From positions 224,001 through 288,000 of the forward strand of contig CAWBGA010000002.1 of assembly GCA_963788195.1 (NCBI GenBank): DNA of 64,000 nucleotides, in the 5' to 3' direction. Shown here in pieces: positions 29,903 through 40,747 of this stretch (the stretch's first letter is position 1; every line of letters begins with the position of its first letter). The position numbers and the translations under genes were made by a program. The notes below the pieces were generated by a model that did not search any database, had not been told where the DNA came from, and saw nothing but the letters and a program-made list of their open reading frames with translations. The stretch comes from Nitrospirota bacterium. GTDB taxonomy: Bacteria; Nitrospirota; Nitrospiria; Nitrospirales; NS-4.

Positions 29903-31330
29903 ATGAGTGAGTTCGACCCTGACCGCTCCATCCTGGTTGTCGACGACGAGGAAGCCATTCGCTCTAGCCTGTGTCGCATTTTGCAGCGAGAGAATTATCA
30001 TGTCGATGTGGCGCCCAACCCGCGGGAAGCGCTGGAGCGGCTCCAAGTCAGCCAGTATGGCCTGGTCCTGACCGACGTCAAAATGGCCGGCGGGAATGGT
30101 CTCGATCTGGTCCAGACGATCAAACAGGTCTCCCCTAAAAGCATCAGCATTGTGATGACGGGCTTCGGAACGATTGAAATGGCGGTGCAGGCAATGCGCG
30201 TGGGAGCCTTCGATTTTATTACGAAGCCGTATGAGATCGAACGCGTGATGGTGGCCGTGAAGAATGGATTTGAGTGTCGGAGGCTCAAGGTCGAGAACGA
30301 GAACCTACGAAAGGCCGTGCGGCGTCAATATCGTGCCGACAACCTGATGGGAAGCAGTCCCGCGATCCTCGAAGTCCAGCGCCTCATCGGCAAAGTTGCG
30401 AATACCGACAGCACGGTACTGATCTTGGGCGAGAGCGGCAGCGGCAAAGAACTTGTAGCCTGCGCGCTGCATTACCAAAATCTCACGCGAACCGGCCCAT
30501 TCGTGCCGGTCAACTGCGGCGCCATCCCGGAAAACCTCTTGGAAAGCGAACTATTTGGCCATGAGCGCGGCGCGTTCACGGGGGCCATCGCGACCCGACC
30601 CGGGCGATTTGAGCTCGCGCATAAGGGAACGCTTTTCCTCGATGAGGTCGGCGAATTGACCCCGGCATTGCAGGTCAAGTTGCTTCGCGTGTTGCAGGAG
30701 CGGTCGTTTGAGCGGGTCGGCGGGACGAAGACCATTTCCGTGGATGTCCGGGTCATTGCCGCCACCAATCGGGATTTGGAACAGGCGGTTGAAGACCGTC
30801 GGTTTCGTGAGGATCTGTATTATCGCCTGAACGTGATCCCGATCGTCGTACCGCCGCTCAGGGCGCGGCTGGAAGACATTCCTCTCTTGGCGCAATTCTT
30901 CCTCGATCGCGTCAACCGCGACAAGCGCACCGACATCGCCGGCATCGCCCCTGCAGTCATGGAAGCCCTTACGCGCTATAAATGGCCCGGCAATGTCCGT
31001 GAGTTAGAAAATCTGATTGAACGGCTGGCAGTCCTGAAGAAGGCAGGGACGATCGAAATCGAAGATCTCCCGGCCAGAGTCCTGTCGCCTAAAGATACGG
31101 TCTTGCCGGAACAGGAGATACTTTTTCCTCCGGAGGGAGTTGACCTTCCCGGCATTCTTGACGAGTTCGAGCGTCAGCTTATCTCCAAGGCCCTTGATTT
31201 GAGCAACGGCGTCAAAAGCCGCGCGGCCCAGTTGCTCGGCCTGAATCGGACGACCCTGGTTGAAAAGATGAAGAAGAAAGCGATGATGGCCTCCAAGCCG
31301 GTTGAAGTTTTCCGCCTGTCTGATCATTGA
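29903..31330 (+). CDS. Sigma54 enhancer-binding response regulator, FleQ/FlrA-like
   Basis: REC (VDDE, LTDVKM, KP), GESGSGKE, GAFTGA, HTH RTTLVEKMKK; heads flagellar cluster. Confidence 0.9.
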   Translation: MSEFDPDRSILVVDDEEAIRSSLCRILQRENYHVDVAPNPREALERLQVSQYGLVLTDVKMAGGNGLDLVQTIKQVSPKSISIVMTGFGTIEMAVQAMRVGAFDFITKPYEIERVMVAVKNGFECRRLKVENENLRKAVRRQYRADNLMGSSPAILEVQRLIGKVANTDSTVLILGESGSGKELVACALHYQNLTRTGPFVPVNCGAIPENLLESELFGHERGAFTGAIATRPGRFELAHKGTLFLDEVGELTPALQVKLLRVLQERSFERVGGTKTISVDVRVIAATNRDLEQAVEDRRFREDLYYRLNVIPIVVPPLRARLEDIPLLAQFFLDRVNRDKRTDIAGIAPAVMEALTRYKWPGNVRELENLIERLAVLKKAGTIEIEDLPARVLSPKDTVLPEQEILFPPEGVDLPGILDEFERQLISKALDLSNGVKSRAAQLLGLNRTTLVEKMKKKAMMASKPVEVFRLSDH

Positions 31331-31434
31331 CTTCGCCGTCAAAGTTCTAGCTGTTTGACCTCCTGATACAGTCTAGTTAAAATACCTTACGCTATATATA
31401 GTAGTCGCCTGCTCCCGGCCCCCCAACGCGTGAA

Positions 31435-31450
31435 CGGTCCACTTATTGCG
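31435..31450 (+). promoter_or_regulatory. Candidate sigma54 promoter of TPR-kinase-regulator operon
   Basis: CGGTCC-ACTTA-TTGCG (GG-N10-GC) 30 nt before ATG. Confidence 0.45.
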
Positions 31451-31480
31451 TTTTCCTTGACATGTATGGTGTGTAACCAC

Positions 31481-33452
31481 ATGAAAAGCGCGTTTTCTGC
31501 CCTGCGACGAAGCGGACCACTGGTCAGAAGGAGGCGCGGTTGTAACCCTTTGCTTTTTGGGAATATTTGGCGTCTTCACATCGGCCGGCTGGAGCGCCGT
31601 CACTCACAGCGCATCTCGCGCGGAAGCCCAGGCTTCTCATTGGCTGGAGCGCGCCCTTCCGGAAACGGGATTGGGCGCTGACGAGCTGCGCGAGGGAATC
31701 CAAAAGTTTGAAGAGCAAGATTTTCAGGCCGCGCTGAGAAGCTTCATCGAAGCTCGACGGCTGGGAGTAGGGACCCGGGTGGAGGAGGCCGCACTATTTC
31801 TCGCGGCGGAATGCCGCGCTCGCAGCGCTGTGGGCCCGCAAGATCTCCGCGCAGTCATCCTTGCGCTGGACGAAAGCCGAAGACGCTATCCCCACAGCCT
31901 CACTGCTCGATGGGCCCTGTGGCGGATCGGCAGCATTTATCTGCGTCAAGGATTCGAAGACGAAGCGGTGGCGAGGTATGAGCAACTTTTGCGCGAGGAT
32001 CCGTCCAGTAACCCCCTTATCTCGTTCATCAGGCTCGACCTGGCCGATGTGTACGTTATCCAAGGTCGCTATGAACAGGCGGCCAAAATACTGCGACTCG
32101 TGCGCCAATATCCTCCCGACCCCGACAGCCTGGGCCAAGCGACGGTCGGCTTAGGCGACATGGCGCACGTTCAAGGTCAGTATCGACAGGCCAAGGAACT
32201 GTATGAATTGGGCAGAGCTTCAGTGGCCGGAGGTGCTGCACAGCCGCCCGGTCAGTCTTTTCGGCATGGGGGACACCTATCTTCGATTAGGAGATTGGCC
32301 ACGGGCGCTGCATCTGTTGAATACCGGTTATGCCCTCCATCCGCGAGCTCCGATCGCCCCGATGATGTTGGTGCGCATGGCGGACGGTCTGAAGTTGCAT
32401 GGCCGGACTCAGCAGGCGCAGGCCATGTACCAGACGGTGGTAGAGCGTCACCCCGGGACCGAAGGGGAATTGTCAGCGCTGCTTGGCTTGGGGAGACTCG
32501 CTGAGACCGAGGCCATTGCCGGAGCCCCGGAAGCCGAGGTGCGCAACATCTTTGGCGTCATCGTAAAGCGCTGGAATACAAATATGGCCGCGTCGGAGGC
32601 GCTTTTGCACATCGCGCAAAGTTACCAGCGAACAGGATCGCTCGAAGAGGCAGCGGCAACCTATGATCAATTGCTGCAACGAGGGGATAGTGGCCCGTGG
32701 CGGGTGCAAGGTCGTCAGGGACTGGAGACGATGCTGCGGGGTCTAAGCGCGGCAGGGGACGTTGTGCAGGTGTCGAATCTTTATCTTCGCCATAAGGCGC
32801 TCTTAACCAAACCGACCGTGAACGGCCCCACTGGCTTGCTCATTGCGGGCGCGCTCACTCGCCTCGGCCTGGTTGATTCAGCCATTGCCCTGACACAGGC
32901 TGCCCTCTCGGCCGGGGTGCCCGAGGCGCAACGCGAGTACGGGATGTTCGCACTCGCCGAAGCCTATCGCAGGAAAGGGGATGTCCTGCATCAGGAGCAG
33001 AGCTGGAAAGCGTACCTGCGGAAGTATCCTCGAGGTACCTGGGCAGAAGAGGCACGCGAAGGCGTGGTCATGGCTCTGGGCCGGGCGGGAAAACAAAAGG
33101 AAGCCCAAACAACCTGTGAGACCTATTTTCCGGGAGGCAACGACAAATCCACGCGAGGTCGCAAAAGGCCCCGGCACACAGGCACTGGCGCAGCTGTGTG
33201 CGGATCGTTTTACCCAAGCGGGGCTGCTGCAGTCCGCTCAAGCATCTCTACAGAGAGATTTTAAACAATGAGCCTGCTCCCGAAGAGGCGCTATGGGCGA
33301 ATTATCAGATTGCCCGCGCTTCCCATGCGACTAACCACTCGGCCGAGGCCAGGGGCTTATTCGAGCAAGTGTCGAGGACGGACAAGGACACCCTCCTTGC
33401 CCTGGCAGCCTCCGCCCAGTTGGCGCAGCTCACGGCCTCGGAGAAACGCTAG
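31481..33452 (+). CDS. Tetratricopeptide-repeat protein (~655 aa after four +1 repairs)
   Basis: Serial TPR-like helices with YP turns across ORFs 31557, 32203, 32981, 33198; N-terminal basic/hydrophobic leader. Confidence 0.75.
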
Positions 33453-34657
33453 TGGAGCAAATGAAGACGGAGGAAACCGCGCTGCTGAAACAGGCCTTCG
33501 CCTCGTTTGATGAGGCAGCGCTTACGTTGGAGCGTTCCTATCAGGTATTGAGCATTCGGGTGCAAGAACTGAATGTTGAGCTCGAGCAGTCGAATCAGGC
33601 GCTGCGAGTGAGTCTGTCGAGCAACGAGGAGATCAAAAGCCATCTGCATGCGATTCTTGAAAGTCTGACCAGCGGTGTACTCGTTACTGATTTAGACGCT
33701 CAGATCACGACGGTCAACCCGGCGGCAGAGGAAATGTTGGAGATGAACCGCAAGGAACTGATCGGCCAGTCCTTGTCCGAATTATTGAGGGATTGGGGAT
33801 ACCCCGGCCCGCTGGCCGGAGAGGTCGTTAGAAAATCGCGCAGGCTCACCGTAGCGCTCACAGACCTGCGCGGAGAGCATGGATGGCCCATCGGCCGCGT
33901 TGCGCAGTTCCATGACGTCACAGAGCTCAAACGCATGGAAGAGCAACTCCAGCGGCAACAGAGGCTGGCCGCAATGGGAGAAATGGCCGCCCGCCTGGCC
34001 CATGAGATCCGGAGTCCGCTCGGGAGCATTGAGCTGTTCGGATCACTCCTTCGGCAAGAATTGGCCGATGATCCGGTGCGTCGACAATTAGCGGAGCACA
34101 TCTGCACCGCGGTTCGCGCGACAGACCACCTCATCGGTAATACGCTGTCATTCGTAAGCCCCAGGCGGCCGCGGTGCAAGCAGGTGAACCTTCGCCGAGT
34201 GATCGAAGAAGCGATACTGCTGGCGACTCCGATGATCGATAGCCATGCCGTGTGTGTCAGCAGTGAATTGGATAAGTCGGCCTCCACCATTTGGGGCGAT
34301 GAAGATATGTTGCGTCAGGTGGTCCTTAATCTGGTGCTGAATGCCGTCCAGGCAATGCCCGGCGGCGGGAAATTGAGTCTCACAGCTCTTGAGATCGATG
34401 CCGGCCATACGGCGCTCCGGATTACCGATACAGGGCGAGGCATTCCCCGTGAGGATCTCACGCGGCTGTTCGACCCTTTCTTTACCACGCGGCACGATGG
34501 CACGGGCTTGGGCCTGGCCATCTCGCATAACATCATGCTGGCACATGGAGGCTCAATCGACGTTGAGAGTGAAGTCGGAACGGGCAGCGCCTTTACGCTG
34601 ATTTTTTCCAAACAGAAGGGAGCCGAAGCGCTTCATGGCACAGCAGCCACAATCTGA
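33452..34657 (+). CDS. PAS histidine kinase, FlrB/FleS-like
   Basis: LKQAFASF N-terminus, VNPAAE PAS, AHEIRSPLGS, NLVLNA, GTGLGL. Confidence 0.9.
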   Translation: MEQMKTEETALLKQAFASFDEAALTLERSYQVLSIRVQELNVELEQSNQALRVSLSSNEEIKSHLHAILESLTSGVLVTDLDAQITTVNPAAEEMLEMNRKELIGQSLSELLRDWGYPGPLAGEVVRKSRRLTVALTDLRGEHGWPIGRVAQFHDVTELKRMEEQLQRQQRLAAMGEMAARLAHEIRSPLGSIELFGSLLRQELADDPVRRQLAEHICTAVRATDHLIGNTLSFVSPRRPRCKQVNLRRVIEEAILLATPMIDSHAVCVSSELDKSASTIWGDEDMLRQVVLNLVLNAVQAMPGGGKLSLTALEIDAGHTALRITDTGRGIPREDLTRLFDPFFTTRHDGTGLGLAISHNIMLAHGGSIDVESEVGTGSAFTLIFSKQKGAEALHGTAATI

Positions 34658-36153
34658 TTCGAGGCGAATTCTCGTCGTGGACGATGAGCCAAGTATCCGC
34701 ACCGCCCTCTGCGAGGTGTTAAAGCGGACCGGCCACCCCGTGATCGTGGCACGGGACGGTCAGGAAGCCCTCGGCCTGCTCGAGGAGCAGGCCGTATGGC
34801 TCGTGGTCACCGATCTGCGAATGCCGCGCCTCGGAGGGTTGGACTTGCTGCGTGAGGTCAAGACGTCTCTACCCGGGTACTCTCGTCGTACTGATCACGG
34901 GCTACGCGACACTCGAATCCGCCATCGATGCGATTCGGGCGGGCGCCTCGGATTATCTGCTGAAGCCGTTTGACAGCGAGGCGGTGGGGGCCCTGATCCG
35001 TCGCCTTGAAGAATCCGAGGCCCAGGAAGGGCAGGCGACCCTGCCGCTCACGGCAAGCGGCCCTGCTGCGCCTCCATTGCTGGGTACCCTGGAAGGCCAT
35101 ACGTCAACGGTCTTGGGCCGGCGTGCGGGGCAACTGATTGCTCACGATCCTGGGATGTTGCGGATTCTTCACACCCTCGAAGGAGTCGCGATCAGCCAGG
35201 CCACAATCCTGATTCAAGGCGAAAGCGGAACCGGCAAAGAAGTGCTGGCCCGGTATGTCCATGGGCGAAGTCCCCGAGCCCATCGGCCGTTTGTCGCCGT
35301 GAACTGTGCGGCGTTGCCGGACGGCCTCTTGGAGAGCGAGTTGTTCGGCTACGAGCGGGGGGCGTTCACCGGTGCGGTCGCCCGGCGTCCCGGAAAGTTT
35401 GAGCAGGCGCACGGCGGCACCTTGCTTCTTGACGAGGTGTCGGAGATGAATCTCGCCTTGCAAGCGAAGCTGCTACGGGTGATTCAGGAGCGCGAAGTAG
35501 ATCGTCTCGGCGGAAAGGGCGCCATCCCCGTCGACATCCGGATCATTGCCACGACCAACCGGTCGCTGCGTGGTGAAGTCGAAGCAGGGCGATTCCGAGA
35601 GGACCTGTATTATCGTTTGCATGTGTTTCCGATCACGGTGCCCCCGCTGCGCGAGCGGCTGCTGGATATCCCCGGGCTGGTAGCGCACTTTGTGCAGGCC
35701 TCGTCTGTCCGCAATCAAAAAGCGGTAACGGGCGTGACGCCAGAGACCGAGCAGTTACTCCTGCAACGCGCCTGGAAGGGAAATGTGCGTGAGCTGGAAA
35801 ACGTGATTGAACGTGCCGTGCTTCTCGCGGATGGTCCGCTGCTGCTCCCGGAGCACATTGCACCTGACGCCCGGGAGATTCCGCAGGCGACAACTCCCGT
35901 TGCTCGTTCGGTGGTGGATACGGGCCGCAGCGCTCCGCCGGTGTCTATCTGGGAGATGGAGCGAGACCTGATTACGCGCACACTCGAGCGGGTGAATGGT
36001 AATAGGACACACGCGGCCAAACTGCTGGACATCAGCATCAGGACCCTGCGGAACAAGCTCAGAGAGTATAGGCAGCTCGATACCGGCTCGGCAAATTCGG
36101 CCGGGGACGGCGACGCCAGTCCTACGGCCGTTTCCGGGAGAGGGCTGTTATGA
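34635..36153 (+). CDS. Sigma54 response regulator, FlrC/FleR-like (+1 frameshift near 34860)
   Basis: REC (VDDE, VTDLRMP), GESGTGKE, GAFTGA, HTH ISIRTLRNKL. Confidence 0.9.
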
Positions 36154-36211
36154 TCAATAGTTTCAGTGGCTTAGGTAGTAAATGCTACGTGTTAAACCGA
36201 TGTCGCTTTGA

Positions 36212-36227
36212 TGGTACGGAGATTGCG
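36212..36227 (+). promoter_or_regulatory. Sigma54 promoter of flgB operon
   Basis: TGGTAC-GGAGA-TTGCG, close to TGGCAC-N5-TTGC, 44 nt before flgB. Confidence 0.75.
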
Positions 36228-36271
36228 TCAGGGCGTATAGGCGGTTTAGCGCCGGAAAGGATGCCACCCCC

Positions 36272-36703
36272 ATGTCTGAGCTGATTCCAACGACGCCGAC
36301 GATGAAGATGTTGGAGCGGAGTCTGGATCTCATAGCGCAGCGCCATCAGGTGCTCTTAGCGAATATCGCGAACGAGGAGACGCCGCGCTTCAAGGCCAAG
36401 GATCTGGAGTTTCAAGCTGTTCTGAACACTATGACCCGCCCCGGCTTAAACGGGGTGCCCATGGCGATGAGTGATGCGGCTCCTCATCCCCGTCATTTTC
36501 CGCTGCCGGGCCAGCCGGATGGGATCAATCCTCCCGTGATGAAAGACTCCCCCACGAAGTCGCCCGGGTTGGACGGAAATACGGTGTCCATGGAAAAGAC
36601 GATGGCGGCCTTGCATGACAACAGTACCCTCTACAGCGCCGCGACCCAGATTCTCACTCGGAAGTATCAAGGGTTGCTCGGTGCGATCAGGGACTCCCGA
36701 TAA
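36272..36703 (+). CDS. flgB: Flagellar rod protein FlgB
   Basis: LANIANEETPRFKAKDL, DGNTV. Confidence 0.93.
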   Translation: MSELIPTTPTMKMLERSLDLIAQRHQVLLANIANEETPRFKAKDLEFQAVLNTMTRPGLNGVPMAMSDAAPHPRHFPLPGQPDGINPPVMKDSPTKSPGLDGNTVSMEKTMAALHDNSTLYSAATQILTRKYQGLLGAIRDSR

Positions 36704-36757
36704 TGTCGAGCAACCTATCATTTGATTGTTGTACACGGGAACGAAAGGCGGTCTCTC

Positions 36758-37198
36758 ATGGAACTCGATAAAGCAATGGCCATCTCCGCGTCCGGACTCG
36801 AGGTCCAGCGGCAACGTATGAATGTCATTGCCAGCAATCTGGCCAATGTAAACTCGACCAAGACGGCGAACGGGGCTCCCTATCGGCGCCGGGATGTGTT
36901 GGTCCGTGCCGATCGCACCGTCACGCAGCCATTCGGCGCCTTGATGAACCGCTCAGGCTTGCCCGACGCGCCGGGCGTCAAAGCCGTAAAAATCATCGAA
37001 GATCAACGGCCGCCTCGACAGACGTATGAGCCGCTGCATCCGGACGCGAACGTTGAGGGTTTTGTAATGATGCCGGACATCAATACGATCGAGGAGATGG
37101 TGAATCTTATCGGCGCCTCACGGGCGTACGAGGCAAATGTCACAGCGATGGGCGTGACAAAAGGCATGACGCAACGGGCTCTGGATATCGGAAGGTAA
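36758..37198 (+). CDS. flgC: Flagellar rod protein FlgC
   Basis: ISASGL..QR.RMNVIASNLAN, PYRRR, HPDA, EMVNLIGASRAYEAN. Confidence 0.95.
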   Translation: MELDKAMAISASGLEVQRQRMNVIASNLANVNSTKTANGAPYRRRDVLVRADRTVTQPFGALMNRSGLPDAPGVKAVKIIEDQRPPRQTYEPLHPDANVEGFVMMPDINTIEEMVNLIGASRAYEANVTAMGVTKGMTQRALDIGR

Positions 37199-37202
37199 CT
37201 TT

Positions 37203-37514
37203 ATGGCTGATATACGCATCATTCCACCTATGGCCGGGGCTACAGGGGAGTTCCCTTCAGTGACCGCCAACGCACTCCCAACAGCCGCATCCGGCGACTC
37301 CTTTGTCGCGAGCTTGAAAGACGCATTAGCGAAAATCAATGAAGCTCAAAGTCAAGCGGACGTCTCGGTCCAGTCGCTCATGACCGGGCAGTCGACCAAC
37401 CTCCACGAGACGATGATTGCGTTGCAAAAGGCTGACGTCTCATTCCAGCTCATGCTCCAGGTCCGCAATAAGATTGTCGGGGCGTATGAAGAAATCATGC
37501 GGATGCAGCTCTAA
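37203..37514 (+). CDS. fliE: Hook-basal body protein FliE
   Basis: LHETMIA, QVRNKIVGAYEEIMRMQ. Confidence 0.95.
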   Translation: MADIRIIPPMAGATGEFPSVTANALPTAASGDSFVASLKDALAKINEAQSQADVSVQSLMTGQSTNLHETMIALQKADVSFQLMLQVRNKIVGAYEEIMRMQL

Positions 37515-37571
37515 CCACGCTGATTGCAAGGCTTCACTGGTTCAAGCTGACAGGTAAGGACGGAGTGGCTC

Positions 37572-39134
37572 ATGTTTGAACGAGTGTGGAACGGATTTCT
37601 CGAACTTCCTCCGGCGCGCCAGCTTCTTCTCGTGCTGATCATGAGCGGCGCCATCGCCGCACTCGTGGCCGGCTACATGTGGAGCCAAGAACCGGATATG
37701 CAGGTTCTGTTTTCGCACCTCGCTGCGGAGGATGCCGGCGCGATCGTCATAAAACTCAAGGAACAGAAGATTCCCTACACCCTGGAAGGTAACGGCACGA
37801 CGATTATGGTGCCGAGCGACAGGGTCCATGAACTGCGTATGCACTTGGCGAGCCAAAGCCTGCCTCAAGGCGGAGGCGTTGGCTTTGAGATCTTCGACCG
37901 GACCTCAGTCGGTATGACGGATTTTGTACAGAAGCTGAACTACCGGCGGGCGCTTCAGGGTGAACTGGCCCGGACCATCGGGCAGCTTGCGGAAGTCGAG
38001 CGCGCACGAGTGCACCTGGTTGTCCCCGAGCGCAGCCTTTTTGCGGATCAGCGCGAGCGATCGCGCGCATCCGTCGTGCTCACCCTTCGCGGCGGGAAAT
38101 CTCTCGCGCCGGGGCAGATACAAGGCATTGCTCATCTCGTTGCGAGTAGCGTGGAAGGCCTTCAGCCGCAAGAGGTGACGGTCGTCGATTCCCATGGTCA
38201 GATTCTGTCGCAACCGGCCGGTGACCCCTCTTCTCAACAGACCGGCGCGTACGCCGATGCCAAACAGGCGGTCGAGAAGGACCTTGAAGGCCGCGTGCAA
38301 AGCATGCTGGAACGCGTTGTCGGCCGAGGCAAGGCGGTCGTGCGGGTATCGAGCGTGCTGGACCTTCGGAAAGTCGAGCGCACCGAGGAGACCTTTGACC
38401 CGAATGTCCAAGTCGTCCGCAGCGAAAATCGCTCCCAGGAGAAGACCTCCGGGAAGGAAGAAGCCGAAGGCGGCATCGCCGGCACGACATCAAACTTGCC
38501 TGACAAAAAGACAGCTACAACCGCGGGGGGCAGCTCGAATTCTGCGGCGCGGAGCACTGCCACCATTAATTACGAAATCAACAAGTCTACCAGCCGGATC
38601 ATTGAACCTGTCGGCACGCTGAAACGACTCTCCGCAGCGGTATTAGTGGACGGCACTTATGAAGTGACCGCAGCCAAAGACGGCAAGTCCAGCCGCAAGT
38701 ATATTGCTCGCGCGGACGAGGAGATGAAGAAGCTGGACGACTTAGTGAAGAAGGCCGTCGGCTACTCCGAAGAGCGTGGCGACCAGGTGCAGGTTCTCAA
38801 CGTCGCCTTCGATGCATCGGCAGCGGACGATGGGCAGGGCAGCGAATCCGCCGCGTCAAACCCGATGATCGGACAGTATATTCGCTACGGTATGTTCGGA
38901 TTGTTGGCGCTGCTGATCGTGATGTTCGTGGTGCGGCCGATGATACGGCTCCTGACGGCCCCGACCACAGTCGGTCCCAACGCCGGATTTCCCCCGGGGA
39001 CCCTGCCGGCCACGGTCGGCCAACTGGAGGGCTCGTTCGGCGGCGCCTCGCCGCAAGGGGCTGTGTTGGAGATGGCCCGTGCGAACCCGCAGGCAACAGC
39101 GGTCGTTGTGAAAAAATGGCTGAAGGAAAAGTAG
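37572..39134 (+). CDS. fliF: MS-ring protein FliF
   Basis: GFEIFD, RALQGELARTI, ARVHL, ASSVEGL, two TM segments. Confidence 0.96.
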   Translation: MFERVWNGFLELPPARQLLLVLIMSGAIAALVAGYMWSQEPDMQVLFSHLAAEDAGAIVIKLKEQKIPYTLEGNGTTIMVPSDRVHELRMHLASQSLPQGGGVGFEIFDRTSVGMTDFVQKLNYRRALQGELARTIGQLAEVERARVHLVVPERSLFADQRERSRASVVLTLRGGKSLAPGQIQGIAHLVASSVEGLQPQEVTVVDSHGQILSQPAGDPSSQQTGAYADAKQAVEKDLEGRVQSMLERVVGRGKAVVRVSSVLDLRKVERTEETFDPNVQVVRSENRSQEKTSGKEEAEGGIAGTTSNLPDKKTATTAGGSSNSAARSTATINYEINKSTSRIIEPVGTLKRLSAAVLVDGTYEVTAAKDGKSSRKYIARADEEMKKLDDLVKKAVGYSEERGDQVQVLNVAFDASAADDGQGSESAASNPMIGQYIRYGMFGLLALLIVMFVVRPMIRLLTAPTTVGPNAGFPPGTLPATVGQLEGSFGGASPQGAVLEMARANPQATAVVVKKWLKEK

Positions 39135-39141
39135 AGTCCCC

Positions 39142-40143
39142 GTGACGAAGAAGCTAAGCGGCGAAGAAAAGGCGGCGGTCCTCCTGCTCACCATGGGTGA
39201 GAACGCCGCATCTGAAGTCATGAAGCATCTGGAACCCAAGGATATCCGCCGCCTGGGGGGGCCGATGGCGACAGTGGCGGATTTGACCCCGGACGTTCGG
39301 AACGAGGTGTTGCAGGAGTTTCGGACCTTGTCAGTCGGCGCTGCGCCGCCCGGTGCCGACAGCAAAGACTACATGAAGAAGATTTTGACGAAGGCTCTGG
39401 GGCCGCAGAAAGCGACCCAGTTGTTGTCGACGATTTCCTCACAGGAGTATGCGGGGCTTGATTCGCTGAAGTGGCTCGATACCAAGGCCATCGAGCGAAT
39501 GGTCTCTGCCGAGCATCCACAAACGGCGGCGGTCATTCTGGCCCACCTTGAGGCCGATCAGGCCAGCCAGGTGATGTTGCTTCTTTCAGAACAGGCACGC
39601 GTGGATATCGCCTATCGATTGGCGACGATGGAAGAGATACAGCCGGATGTGCTCCGGGAACTGAGCGAGGTGCTCGAGTTGGAGCTAAAGGTCGGGGTCA
39701 AGACGCAAGGGCAGCAATTGGGCGGCGTGAAATTTCTGGCCGACCTGATGAATGGCCTGGACAAGACGTCCGGGCAAACCCTCACTGCCAGCCTGACCGA
39801 GCGTAACCCGGTACTCGCAGATTCTGTCCGGCAATTGATGTTCGTATTCGATGACCTATCGGGAGTAGACGATCGCGGCTTGCAAGAATTGCTCAAGGAG
39901 ATCGCCAAGGAAGATTTGATTCTGGCCTTACGAGCCGCCAGCGAGTCGGTGAAAGAGGCGATCTTTCGCAACATGTCCTCCCGCGCTGCGGAGTTGCTGA
40001 GGGACGATATGGAAGTGAGCGGTCCCGTGAAGCTCAGTGATGTCGAAAAGGCGCAGCGCAACATTCTGCAAGTCGCGAGGAAGCTGGAGGAAGAAGGCCG
40101 GATCATACTAGGAGGCAAAGGTGGACAAGAGATGCTGGTCTAA
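39142..40143 (+). CDS. fliG: Motor switch protein FliG
   Basis: EKAAVLL, EHPQ, MFVFDDL, NMSSRAA. Confidence 0.96.
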   Translation: MTKKLSGEEKAAVLLLTMGENAASEVMKHLEPKDIRRLGGPMATVADLTPDVRNEVLQEFRTLSVGAAPPGADSKDYMKKILTKALGPQKATQLLSTISSQEYAGLDSLKWLDTKAIERMVSAEHPQTAAVILAHLEADQASQVMLLLSEQARVDIAYRLATMEEIQPDVLRELSEVLELELKVGVKTQGQQLGGVKFLADLMNGLDKTSGQTLTASLTERNPVLADSVRQLMFVFDDLSGVDDRGLQELLKEIAKEDLILALRAASESVKEAIFRNMSSRAAELLRDDMEVSGPVKLSDVEKAQRNILQVARKLEEEGRIILGGKGGQEMLV

Positions 40144-40747
40144 CGTGCTGAAGGCAGGTGCGGCCTGGCCGATGGTTAAGAGGCGCCCTCTGATTCCGCT
40201 TTCAGCCGGTAATAGATCGACTGCCGATGCGCCCTACAGGATGGGATTGCCATCGGAACAGACCGCAGCCGCCCGCTTGGACGCCGAGCGGGCCGCTTTG
40301 GCGGCGGAACGGAGCCGCTTGGAGGAGGCGTCCTTGTTTCTGGAGACCTGCGCCCAGTGTATCACCGATGCCCGCGAGGCCGTCCTTACGGGCGTCGAGC
40401 AGCAACTCGTGGACCTTGTGATGCAGATTGCGACGCAAGTGATCCACGACGAAGTGACGCAGCGGCCCGAGCTCATCACCTTTCAGGTGCAGACGGCGAT
40501 ATTACGCGTCAAGGAAGACGGGATGATGACCGTCCGTGTCCATCCGTTAATGCTCGAAACTCTGCGTGAAGCAAGCTCTCACATTTTGGTGACGCTCGGA
40601 CCTGCGGCCCGACTGCATTTTGAGCCGGATCCGTCGATCGCGCCCGGCGGCTGCATAGTCGAGACCACCCAACAGATCGTGGATGCCCGCATCTCGAGCC
40701 AACTCGCCCGAATCAGCACCGCGCTCAAGCCCGACCGCCCCGCATGA
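40121..40747 (+). CDS. fliH: Flagellar export protein FliH (short)
   Basis: VRVHP, PGGCIVET...VDA; between fliG and fliI. Confidence 0.8.
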   Translation: MDKRCWSNVLKAGAAWPMVKRRPLIPLSAGNRSTADAPYRMGLPSEQTAAARLDAERAALAAERSRLEEASLFLETCAQCITDAREAVLTGVEQQLVDLVMQIATQVIHDEVTQRPELITFQVQTAILRVKEDGMMTVRVHPLMLETLREASSHILVTLGPAARLHFEPDPSIAPGGCIVETTQQIVDARISSQLARISTALKPDRPA

